A DNA stretch of 64,000 bases from Marsupella aquatica. Taxonomy: Eukaryota; Plantae; Marchantiophyta. The stretch is taken from NCBI GenBank assembly GCA_973895155.1, contig OZ316895.1, positions 11,180,758 through 11,244,757 on the forward strand. Direction: 5' to 3'. The stretch's first letter is position 1, and the number at the start of each line of letters is the position of its first letter. The translations under genes were made by a program, and so were the position numbers. This document shows positions 1 to 10,988 of this stretch, piece after piece. A model generated the notes under the pieces. It was given only the letters and a program-made list of their open reading frames with translations, was not told where the DNA came from and ran no database searches.

Positions 1-44
1 GCAATGCAACAATTATTGTTGAGTCCAGTGAGAAACCCCAGTGG

Positions 45-3000
45 ATGAAACTTCTTGTGCCAATAAAACTCTACTCAACTTTACTTAATGTTGAGTGGAA
101 GGCTCGATTGGAGATAAGCGTAGCTGATATGGGATTCTTCCCGGATGGGGTAACAATTGATCAGATGTTTGAGAAGACTCGTTCTCAAATAAGTGGAGTT
201 GACCTGGTGTTCGGATTTCTATATGTAAAGAAGCACATGCATGACAATCCAGACAGTGTGGACCCTCCATCTACTTGGAGAGTTCAAAGGATGATTGAGA
301 AGGCACATTTCTCATATGAGCAGGCAATCGACAAGAGTTTCATTTTTTGTCCAGAGTTTCAAGAGGCCGCATGCCGGACGTGGATTTCAGAGATGAAGAA
401 AAAAGAAGCAAAGCATAAGGCAAAAGAGAGAAAGAAGACAGTGGAAAGAAGTGCACAATCAAAGACAGAGAAGAAACGGAAGCTTCTAGAGCCAGTTGTG
501 CAAGAAGAGAAACAATCTGGGACTTCATGCCGTAAGAAGATGGCTTCAAAAAAGGATGACGATGAGGGTCCAAAGAAAAAGCAGACAAAGAAGGCAAAGG
601 TTGCAAGATCAAAACCAATGCGAGCGTCGACATCAAACTTTGTCTTGCATCCAGAGGATGATAGGTGTCCAACAGAAGGACCCAAAGAAGATGATGTGCT
701 CAAAGGCCAAGAAGTTTTGCATAATATTGAGCAATATTATACTTTTGGCATCCGCAAAATTTTTGATATTCCTGTCAAAAGTATTATTCCGCCATCGGCC
801 ATTTTTGTATATCGAATGTTCAATCATTCGCATGCAATGGAGATATCCAAGTCTATGATGAAAAACCCTGGACAAGAACCACAAGTTGCTGATTTGATTT
901 CGTATCGCGAGAGCACTCAACAGTTGCTTCATTATGACAACACACCTCAAGATAGGAAAGAGTTTTTGATTGGTGTGAAGAAGCAGGAGATCCAATTCCT
1001 TGCCATCAGTGGCCAGCATTCTGCAAGAGCTGCCCAATGGATCCAAGGGTGGGCCGACACTGATGCCAAGTTGACAGATCTAGCCAACAAACTAAAGTAT
1101 AGGAAAGCAAGGATCCTATCTGACCTCACTTCGAAGACAATTTTGGTTGAGCATTCAAGTTTATCGAACGCTGTGAATAATACTATGCAATTTAAGTCTT
1201 GTTTTTTAGAGACTATTGTTCATGCAAGAAGGCAATTTGAGGAGTGCGGGAAACCGCCACGTCCAGGGATTGGGACCAATCAAAATACAGACAGGAAAAA
1301 CTATCACATATATTTTTGAGCAAGGCAATCTATTCTTGATTCCCTTTGATTAAAGATTGGGGTAGAGGTTTGCCTCACCCTTAGGGCGAGGCTACCTTGT
1401 CTTGTTTTCCTTGGTTAGAATATTAAAGCAAATGCTTGCCTTGCCCTGAGGGCGAGGCAACCTTGACTAGTCTCTCTAAGAATATTGCTTGAGTTCCATT
1501 TCTGTCAATTGCGGTTGGATGTAGAAGTTTGCCTTGCCCTTAGGGCGAAGCGGCCTAGCCCGTTTCAAACATCTAGATATAAACTTTCTACCATATGCAT
1601 TGTACCCTAAAACTAATGTCAAGTCCATTGGATATGCAGAATTGGGTTTCCCTGGCAAAGGTCACAATGGGGAAGTCAAACCTGAAGAGCATTTACTGGT
1701 TACTTTTTGCCGAGGATGAGCTCTTTGAATTATGGCGGAATGTGTGTGGAGAATGGTTGAGTGGGAAGCTCCAAGATAGCGCTGGTGGGTATGGAGGGCC
1801 AAGACCCCCAAAATCAATCGTCCTGTGTACCTTTTGATGCTTTGAAGGAGAGATTAGTAGTGAACAAATAATTGAGATCTTGAAGGACGTTCAAGAGGAG
1901 CGTGCCTTGATGAAGAAGGATATCACCAACAAATCAGAGCTTGTCGCAATGGGAGACTTGGCACTTACAATCAAGATAATGTCCAAACTAAGAACTATCA
2001 TTACTGGCTATTTTGTGGAAAAGTATCGTGAGAAGTTTCCTGTTGGCACATCTTAGGAGTCTCTAGTGACGTTGTTGCCTTCCTTGAAATCTGAGCTTGA
2101 GATGACGAAGTTGAGGAGAGCAGCGGGTGAGGTTACCTCAACAATTTGTTGAAGAAGAACGTGGTCAAGGAGAGTTTCCCGCAAAGTCTGATGGTCAGAC
2201 TAGATGGGTTGTATTGTAAAGAATTTGGTGGGATTGGTCGTTCCCGCACGGAGCCTTTCTTGATATTATTTAGTGATAATTTGATGAAGACGACCAGGCC
2301 AGAGATGCTACAAGAGCCTTCGCCTTTGTGTCCTCTTGCCATTGTTGACTTCAATAGGCTCCGACAACATGTTTGGACTGATTCTGAAATTATTGCATTA
2401 CTGCAATACATTGTGGATCTTCCAAGAAATCCAAGTTGTCATGACTGTGCATCCAGGGCCACTTGCTGCAAACATTTTGAGTGCCCTTAGGAAATTGCAG
2501 CATGAAAATGGAATGGACATCCACGTTGATTACGGGAGCTATCGACGGAGTGATACACCAGTTCCAGAGGGCTTACTTTTCAATTGTGGTATGGAGGAGA
2601 TAATCTTTGCAGGAATCACCACTGAGGAGAAATTTGATTGGAAGCAAGTGTTCAGGCCTGGATTTAATTGCCAATTTTCTTACAATTTGGCGATAGACCC
2701 TGATTTCCAAGTGGGAGACAAGATGGAGAAGCGAGATAAGAATAAGAGTAAGACAAGTAAGGAGACAGAGGCCGAGTCAACTACGACATTTCACATTGGA
2801 GATTTCTTGCGAAAGGCTCCCATGTTTGAGATGGTGGGAAGTAGAGGTGGCTTTGTGAATATTCACGCTAAGCCAAAATGTATGCTGCAACGTATTATTG
2901 AATTTTTTTTTACTGAAGGGAAAACTATCCTTGACTTTTTCTCGGGAGGACGGTTATGAAGGTGTCCTTGTTGTGTTTCAGAGAATGCTTTGCGTATTCA

Positions 3001-3909
3001 GACACTGAGGATGAATATGATTTCACTCAAGCATATGGAAGGGTTCTTTGCGATAAGGTTCCTTCCATAATGAGTCACGGGATGGGCGGTTCCAAATTTG
3101 GCAGATCCTACGATGTGGTTTCCAAGCGTGTTGGCGCCAAAGAAGGCGTAGAGCAGGGTGAAGATGAGATTGAGGAAGGAGAATTGGGTCACGACACAAA
3201 CAACAGGGTCACCAAAAATTTGGATGAACGTGGAACACAAGTGGTAGGTACTCCCTACTTTGGTGTGGGGTTGACAGATGTTGTGGGTCGACCTGAGGGC
3301 GACCCACCAAAAGATCCCTTTGCCGGTGTAGAGAATTGGATGCACCAATCGGACCCAGATCTTACATCGTCCACATTGGACGCACAATGGAAAGCAACCG
3401 TAGGTGATCTAGGCAATATTGGCGGAGTAGAATTGGAAGAAATGCCAGACATTGTGCTTGCAAAGGAGGATGATCGCCAAGTGCCTGAGACCGCAGCACA
3501 TGAAGAAGAGAAGGCAGGTGCTTCAACTCCTCCCCTGTCTCCTCTATATTGCTCATCAGGGAGTAAATTGGTTTTTACAAGTGCTTCTACAAGAAGCCCT
3601 GTAGTATTATCATTTTCACAAAATTCTGGATCCAAGATAGGCAGGACTGGATATATGAAAACAGCCCGTCGTGCAACTCATTTCATATGGAGAAATGGAC
3701 CAAAGGTTGGAATGATAGAATCACTAGACGAAGGTCCAAAGATAATGGCAAAATCAGATTACAAAAAAATGAACTTGAGATTGAGCCCAGTTTTTGCACC
3801 CCCATCCTTTGAAGAGCAACTTCCCGGTGGCATCAACTCTGAGATACAGAGTGTTCTAGGTGATCAAACGATAGATGAATTTGGGCATTTTAACATAGGA
3901 AATTATTAG
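45..3909 (+). pseudogene. Decayed spliced gene: ParB/Srx-like domain followed by a beta-class N4/N6 DNA methyltransferase-like domain
   Basis: ORF 45-1319 has FDIPVKSIIPP..R.FNHSHAMEISKSM..IQFLAISGQHSARAAQ (ParB-N pattern, GxH). ORFs 2336-2959 and 2956-3909 join across a 1-nt frameshift to give HAKPKCMLQRIIEFFFTEGKTILDFFSGG(T)VMKVSLLCFRECFAYSDTEDEY, matching the KP..LL.RLI....GD.VLDPF.GSGT...A...GR..IG.E SAM-binding end. Several stops and frameshifts between 1700 and 2500. Confidence 0.6.
1367..1556. repeat. Three copies of a ~25-bp palindrome (TTGCCTYRCCCTKAGGGCGARGC) in a probable intron
   Basis: Copies near 1369, 1436 and 1529, each largely self-complementary. Confidence 0.7.
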
Positions 3910-4253
3910 CCTTTTCTTTGGTTCTTGGTATTTTAATGACAATCTAAGCTTTATCTTTGTAATAATATACTTTTTTACAGACCAAAGTTGCGTCGTAGAA
4001 TCTCCTTCCTCAAATGATTTTAATGGCATTCCCTCGGAAAGCGTTGCTGTGGAGGAAGGGTTTGACCCAGGTATACCTTGGATCTAAAAAATAGCAAATT
4101 TTGAATGTAATTGTTTTTCTAGGAGGGTCGCCCCAGGGTCGTTCCTCTCTCCTTCAAATGTTATAACAAAGTTTGTTTGATTTCAAATTTTGAGATCTTT
4201 CCTTGATAGTAATTGTTTAAACTTTGAGTCACATTGACTAAGGGATTATTTTA

Positions 4254-4991
4254 ATGTTTCCAGACTTCACTCCAATACTACACTCTCCGATCCAGCGAAA
4301 GCTCTTGGTTCTTGATCTTAACAAGATTTGTTGGGATTGCATTAAGACCAGAAGCTCAGGACCATGGCAAAATCAGACAAGTTTACGTGGTGTGCACTGG
4401 GGGAGACGTGGAGGGTTTAATTTCATGTATGTGGAGCGCCCCTACCTCCATGAATTTCTATATGCAACTTTCATGGCTTTTGACATCGCAATTTGGACCT
4501 GTGCGAGGAGGCCAAAAACAATGGACTTAATGGAGATGATTTTCACTAAGGAGGAGCGACAGAAGTTAAAGTTTGTCTTTACTCAAGAAGATACCTTTGA
4601 TAGTTGCATCCAAAGGCCAAATATAACAGACGGGAAGGCCAACTTACTTTTGCAGAATCTGCAAACCATTTGGGACCGTTTTCCAGAAAAATATGATGCT
4701 TCTAATACAGTTCTTATTGATGATTCTCCATTGAAGGCATTTTTGAATTATGACGTGAATGGATTGTTTCCAAATCCATTTACTCACACAGCTTCGAATG
4801 ACACTTTTTTGCCCGAGATATTATGGCTGTATCTTTGCAAATTGAGAAAGGCCTACTGTGTTCAACATTATATCACTGTCAACAATCCAAAGTGGTCTGT
4901 TTTCAATTTATTAACAAGCAAGGAGGATCATGCTGCCATCTATGCTCGTTTGGAGGTGAAGTGGCCGGGGAGATTGTTGTTGTATCCATAA
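4254..4991 (+). CDS. FCP1/NIF-family HAD phosphatase-like protein with atypical motif I (LVLDLNK)
   Basis: KLLVLDLNK...ERPYLHEFL...FDIAIWT...NTVLIDDSPLKAFLN. Probably preceded by a small exon and followed by a frameshifted tail (5013-5306). Confidence 0.8.
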   Translation: MFPDFTPILHSPIQRKLLVLDLNKICWDCIKTRSSGPWQNQTSLRGVHWGRRGGFNFMYVERPYLHEFLYATFMAFDIAIWTCARRPKTMDLMEMIFTKEERQKLKFVFTQEDTFDSCIQRPNITDGKANLLLQNLQTIWDRFPEKYDASNTVLIDDSPLKAFLNYDVNGLFPNPFTHTASNDTFLPEILWLYLCKLRKAYCVQHYITVNNPKWSVFNLLTSKEDHAAIYARLEVKWPGRLLLYP

Positions 4992-5749
4992 GGAGTTTGG
5001 AACCATCTTGATGTGACTCCTGAAGAGATTCCTTGGGACGGAAAGGAGGAGGTGCAGCATTACCCACCACTAGAGATGTGGACCACGGATGAGATCAAAG
5101 AAACTGCAAATGCTATACTTGGAGACAACTATTCTGGTCCTCATAGACAAAATAGAAGGCATTTTATTTGGAAAGTTCTAAGAACTAGGGATCTCACCAA
5201 TAAGTTTAAGAACCATCATGCGAGAGATACTTGCAATCGTGACATCCGCTATGATAAATCAGGAAGCAGACTTTCTTGTTTAAATGAGTTTTGTCTTGAT
5301 CATTAGGAGATAGGGTTGCTCTAGTGCCTACCCTGAATTGTGCATTCATATTATGTCAAAGGATATGTTTTGAACATGTAGGATAAAGTAAACAATTAGA
5401 ATATGCTTAGTGTGAGGCTCTCTCACTAGACTGGACAATTTATTAATTATATTGTGGGTCAATCTCATTATGACCCTTGATTTATCATCATAGATATTTT
5501 TAATCTATGGTTTGAGTGGTATTGGCCTCTGATTTTTGGACTGAATCAAATTTACTTTAATTTATAAATTAATTAGAATATATGATTTAAGTTATTATTA
5601 AACATTTGGGTGAAAAAAACAAAATTTTGGGCATTCAAAAGTGCATATTTGGGCTAAAAAATTTTAAATTTGGGAATGATTTAAAAGAAATTTGGCCCGA
5701 AAAAAACAACTTTAGGGTTCATATTTTGAACTTTTAAAAGTACAGTTTT

Positions 5750-5762
5750 AATGAATATAGTG
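5750..5762. mobile_element. Possible CACTA right terminus (...AATGAATATAGTG)
   Basis: TAGTG lies where AT-rich non-coding DNA switches abruptly to gag-coding sequence. The partner end is not in the window. Confidence 0.35.
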
Positions 5763-6409
5763 ATGTAGACTCTCTCCAGTCTTGCGCTGGAACTCCTGGA
5801 GACCCTTCAACTTATCAGTTCTCACACCCTGATAGTTCTACTTCAGTACCTCAAAGAATTCCAACACAGGGTTAAATGCTAGCGCAACTCCAGTTCCTGT
5901 CACAATCACACCGGCAGGAGTAGCAGTGGATGATGCTGGAGTGCTGCTGGTGGATGGTGTGCCACTCTGGCTAGTGCTGCTAGAAGAAGCAGCAGCTATG
6001 ACAATGGGTTGGGCAGCCGCACTAGTGCCATAGGTGATGGACACGTAATTAGGCGACCAATGCTGCCTCCATGCCTCAATCTCAACCAAATGAGCCTTCC
6101 AAAACTCATGGTAGTCATCCATGGGTGGCCCCTCCAAATGCTGAAATAATCTCTTCCATGCCATGAAAGGGGTAAACAACGTGGCGTTACGCAATGTCTG
6201 CATATCGCACCACGTATCAAACTCCTGGATGAAGTCATCCAGATCAATCGTGCCAATTGCACCAGAGTATCGTCGTGGGCCCTTCGTAGCCCCGTACATC
6301 TCGTCCATATCCCACAACAAAGGTGCAACCACCTGATGATGAGGAGAATTGGTCACTGAGTCCTCATCGGAATCATTGTTTGAAGCTGCACTGCTGACTG
6401 CTACCAATG

Positions 6410-7047
6410 GGCCTCATTCACAATTGGGTGTACCTCACAAGAACCACTTTCAGGACTCAAAAACATGTTTTTTTAGTGAAAAATGACTTTCGTAACATGG
6501 AAAAAGCTTCATCATGATTTTATCTCAAGACAGTTAAGTCTAATTTTTTCACAAGACTATTTTACATGGTGTAACCTACCTCACCATGTAGATAAATCAA
6601 GTTTTTAACTTTTTTAAGGGATCCTATTATTGATGGCCCTAAATAAGCCAAAATTACTGATTATTTTTGTCCTGTAAATAAAGGTTTAGTGTGTGTCAAT
6701 ATTTGAGTTTTAAAATATAAGATTATTCTATTAGTATGCATGTCTTGGTAAAATTTCATTGTCTAAAATGCAAGTTTTAGAGTCCTTTTGAGTCCTGAAA
6801 TGATGTGACTCGTTGCGTGACAAGTCCTTTTATCGATCTTTGAAGGAAATATAAGGAAAGCTTTAAAGTCTCAAATGCTAGATAGTTTAATCAATGTTAC
6901 CAACCTACAGAATGTTTATTAAGTATAGTACATCAAATTTTGCATATCATCTCATTACACCTTACAAATGATGTCCTAAAGCATAATAAACTATGGTCAC
7001 TTTTGAGTGTGACGTTCCTTTTGGGTCCTCCAATTGTGAATGAGGCC
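6410..7047. mobile_element. 638-bp MITE with 18-bp TIRs and a 4-bp TSD
   Basis: GGCCTCATTCACAATTGG at 6410 and its reverse complement ending at 7047. AATG flanks both sides (6406-6409, 7048-7051). Removing it restores the gag frame (FWPTA-LVAVSS). Confidence 0.88.
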
Positions 7048-7679
7048 AATGCCGTTGGCCAAAACTGCGCCCTACTCCGAGTGAAACCGGTCCGTCATCC
7101 ATCGGGTAACCCAACAACACCAGAAGAATCCGTGGTGACCAACCTAACCTAATCTATATGCTAACCCTAAGGGAAATTTGTCTGTGTCAGCACCACAAGC
7201 ACTCACCATGGTGTGTTGGGCATCACTCCAACATCACCGGGAGAGAAATACACAGCACAACTAGAATGTCTGGTTGCAAACCCGGATCATTCCTATGGAA
7301 TCAAGCGCTCACACCAAACTAACATGACGCATAAATAGGAAGTATGTGTGAAGAGGATCCAGAAACAAGAATGGATACCATTCAACTCTCCACACAAAAG
7401 CAAATGCAAATCAATATGACAATGTGCATAAGGTTCAAGGAAGAGCCTTCATAATAGGCTTCACAATGGCACTCCAATGTTGTAGATGAGAATCAAGGCA
7501 AAATTGGTTCAATCTATGACTCTAGATGGACTCAAAAGTATCAAAAACCCTAAAATAGCCTCTAATTTGGCCTAGAATAGGCCTCTAAACAAATCGGGAA
7601 GTGTATAAAGCCCCCTAGCGCTTGAATTTAAACAACAAGTTGTGAATGCTTGTGTGTACACAAGGTGGGATGAGAACTT

Positions 7680-7880
7680 GCGCTTGCGGCTGGGAATAGC
7701 CCCGGGATGAGTGACCTCGCGCTTCGCCTTGCGCTCGCGACTTAGAATAGTCCCAGGATGGGTGACCTCGCACTTCGCCCTTGCGCTCGCAACTCGGAAT
7801 AGTCCCGGGATGGGATGCGTGACCTCGCACTTCGCCCTTGCGCTCGTGACTCGGAATAGTCCCGGGATGGGTGACCTCGT
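7680..7880. repeat. ~57-bp tandem repeat, about 3.5 copies
   Basis: Repeated GGGATGGGTGACCTCGCACTTCGCCCTTGCGCTCGC..GGAATAGTCCC. Confidence 0.85.
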
Positions 7881-8938
7881 GATTCGCCTTATGTGCACAC
7901 AGTTGTGTGTGTACACAAAATAGAATTCGTCGGGCTTAAAAATGGCAACATTTGCCACTCGAAAGCAATGATTTCTTTCACAAAAATGCCATCCGACAGC
8001 ATACACATTTGGCAACATTGGCCCTCAATCCCTTCACAAAAAATGCAGCTTCAGAAGCGTCAACGATTCACGATAGTTGACAGTTCACTTCCGCACCTGC
8101 GTCATTGGCGCCACTACAAATCCAGCAACATTTGTGAATGTTTCTTCCTGAAAATAGCAGATCGATGTAGGAACACAGTCGAACATCTCCAACTGGGTTT
8201 CGTAGATCAACAACCTGCTATCAGATCTGGCAACATCTGAAATTGGAAGGAGCAATTTCCTTCATAAAAATAGCAGATCCAATCATAGCTTTGTGAACCC
8301 GCCTTTCACAGATCGCAATCCAACCTTTAGTGCAGATCGACAGAAGCTAACGATCAACACGATAGCCTCAACGTACCAAACTGATTTCCTTCGATAGCCA
8401 GCCCACGATAATGTCTAAACTCAAAACCTGTCACCAATCACAGATCTGTACATTGATTGGGAAGTAGGCTGATCGGACAGCAACTCAACATCGCTACAGA
8501 TCGAGATGCCAACGATTTGTTCGGTAACAACACACAATCCGAGCTACCACAAACCGTCGACAACTCAATCACTCGAACTTCTGTCCGCACAGTCCGTACA
8601 ACAGATTTTGAATCTGATCTTTCAATGTAATCTCCACAATCAATCGGCACAACGATCCCGGTCAACAATACCCCATCAATCCCGCACCGATCCGATCACA
8701 CACGTATGTCAAGCCAACGCACCTTGCACTACTCAAGGAATCCACGTTACACAAGCGGAGCTCACAGCCACCATAGCCACACTCAAGCTCCTCTCTCTCC
8801 AAGGCTCAACATTGAAAGATGACCTTTCAATGCCTCACAAGTGAGAAGTACCCTCTCACACAAACCTAACGGAACCTTATCAGCTCATATAGCACACATA
8901 CAAACATACGGATCTAGATAGTACGATACACTCTAACA

Positions 8939-10988
8939 CTACCTAGAATGGTGTGACACCATCATGTATTGCTTCATTGATGCAACAGACTTACGCATCA
9001 ACTTCTCCATTTCATTCAGCAAATTCTCAGAATGTTGCTTACTCTCAAATGCTATGAAGTACCATTCAATGAAGTCCACGAAGACTTTTATGATGTCATT
9101 TGGGACCACACCCAATAAACAGAATACCAAAACTTGCATAACACATTTGTGCTCAAATCCATGGAAATTGGCATTTGACTGGAAATATCCACATTGGTTA
9201 TTCCCTGGCAATCTGAATTCAGCATAACAACAGTCCTTTTGAATGGCCAGAATTCTTCTGTCAAGCTCCTGCAAAGGACGAGCCTCAAGGTTGAAAGAAG
9301 ATGCAAAAGCCTGCACACTTCCAACTAGAGTTTTGAAAATCCCCAAAATTGACTGATGAAGCCCATCAAGCTGTATACACCTGTAGGGGTTACCATTTGA
9401 TAGACTACTGCCTGCAAAACCCCATAATGCACACTCCACAATTCCATAACAATATAGTGATCTAGGGTAGCCTAAACTTAGTGTGTATATTATTGGGCTA
9501 GATTAAGTTTAGCAAATTAAAATCCATGAAACTAATAACTTACTAGGTTCAAAAACAGACCAGCTACATTATCATAAACAACACAGATTAATATTGTACC
9601 TGCAATGGATGAATCAAATGTTGCTTTGCTAATGCCTCGTGTTCTAGAGGACACTCCTCTATTTCTTCCAGTATTTGTTTCATCATGGTCTCTGTTCTGT
9701 AAGGAAACCTCTTTGTAACATCACTTAAGGATTCTCGTGGACAACAACAGCAACTACAAGGATATTTTGCCTTGTTAGTATCATATGTGCAAGTAATTTT
9801 GGAGCCTTCCGTCTGGTCACAAATATACAGGCACAGCCTTGGAAACACCCACTGTGATTGGCCTGATGGGTCTGTCAGATGAACCCCGGTTTTGCTTGCT
9901 TCCTTCAAAGATGCTAGAATAAGCTCTTGACACTTGTGAAGTAGTTCCAATTTAGCCTTGCTGGGCATACGTGTCTCTGATATACCTGAAATCAGTCCCA
10001 CAATATAAGTTTGCATGGCAAGTTAAATCTTCCTGAACTGTAACTCAGTCGTTTACTATATCAGAAATGATCAGATTTGTTTTCATCAATCAATCAAATG
10101 AATCAACAATCGTACATTACCTGGATCATGAGTTCCCATTATAGGAAGTATTGCTAATAGTGCATGGCCTCCAGGCAGGCTCATCAAATTGCTGCTGAGG
10201 GGCCAACCTTGAGTCCTTCTATTGTGTGATATTAAAGAAGTCTGGTCCGAATACAATATGATGGGGGCAATAACTCCTCCTGAACAACTTGATTGAACAT
10301 CCTGCTCCATCTCTTCCCCAGTTTGCAAAGTCGTGTAGAGTTTGGCATTTTCTTCAGTGATTACTGAGGAACAAATGGCAAAACCTTCCTTGTTTTTAGG
10401 AGATGAATATAGCTCTTCTAAAACAGTCAATGGATTTCTAAAAAACATATGAACACTAGGAGCATTCCTGATTTCTTGTCATACCTCAACTTTCTCCCAA
10501 TTAATACCATCTTGTTGTTCTATTAAAGCTTCTTCATACTTACAAACCTCTGCAGCAGTTTTCAACTGAATTTTTCTAAGGTCAAATTCAGGGTGATTCA
10601 AAAGGTGCAACAACAAATTCATATCTTTCTAAGACAATCCACCTCCATTGTGGCATTGCCTCATAAACAACACAAGGTGAAAAGTAACGTCAAACTCTTG
10701 TATTCTCTTAGCAGGACTCTCATCAAGTAATGTAGAAAATAGTCCCTCAGCAGGGATCTCTGTGTCTGAATCCACATCCACATTGGTAGTTGGCTGCAAA
10801 GGATCACTTGTATCATCTATGCTATTCTCATCAACATTCATCTCCTGATACTACTGTTCATCTTCAGCCCTCATCATAGCTCTTTGCTTTGATATGCATA
10901 ATCCATTCTGAGCCTGGTGGCTCCGTAATGCCCAACTATCACAAAATCCCACTCTGCCACAAAAATCACACTGCAATCTTGATGCCAT
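8939..10988 (-). pseudogene. Plavaka-family transposase, decayed and 3'-interrupted
   Basis: N-terminal zinc finger MASRLQCDFCGRVGF..ALRSHQ at 10988. Motifs FRNPLTVLEELY, PIILYSDQT, LLHKCQELILASLKEASKTGVHLTDPSG..VFPRLCLYICDQTE, YPCSCC and NPY..IQLDGLHQSILGIFK. Confidence 0.8.

Larger units (their letters stand above)
5763..8938 (-). mobile_element. Truncated Ty3/gypsy-type LTR retrotransposon remnant (5' LTR/leader plus gag N-terminus)
   Basis: Gag-like RRYSGAIGTIDLDDFIQEFDTWCD (ORF 5838-6407). The minus strand begins TGTTAGAG at 8938, where the Plavaka ORF is cut. The LTR end and PBS could not be located. Confidence 0.6.
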
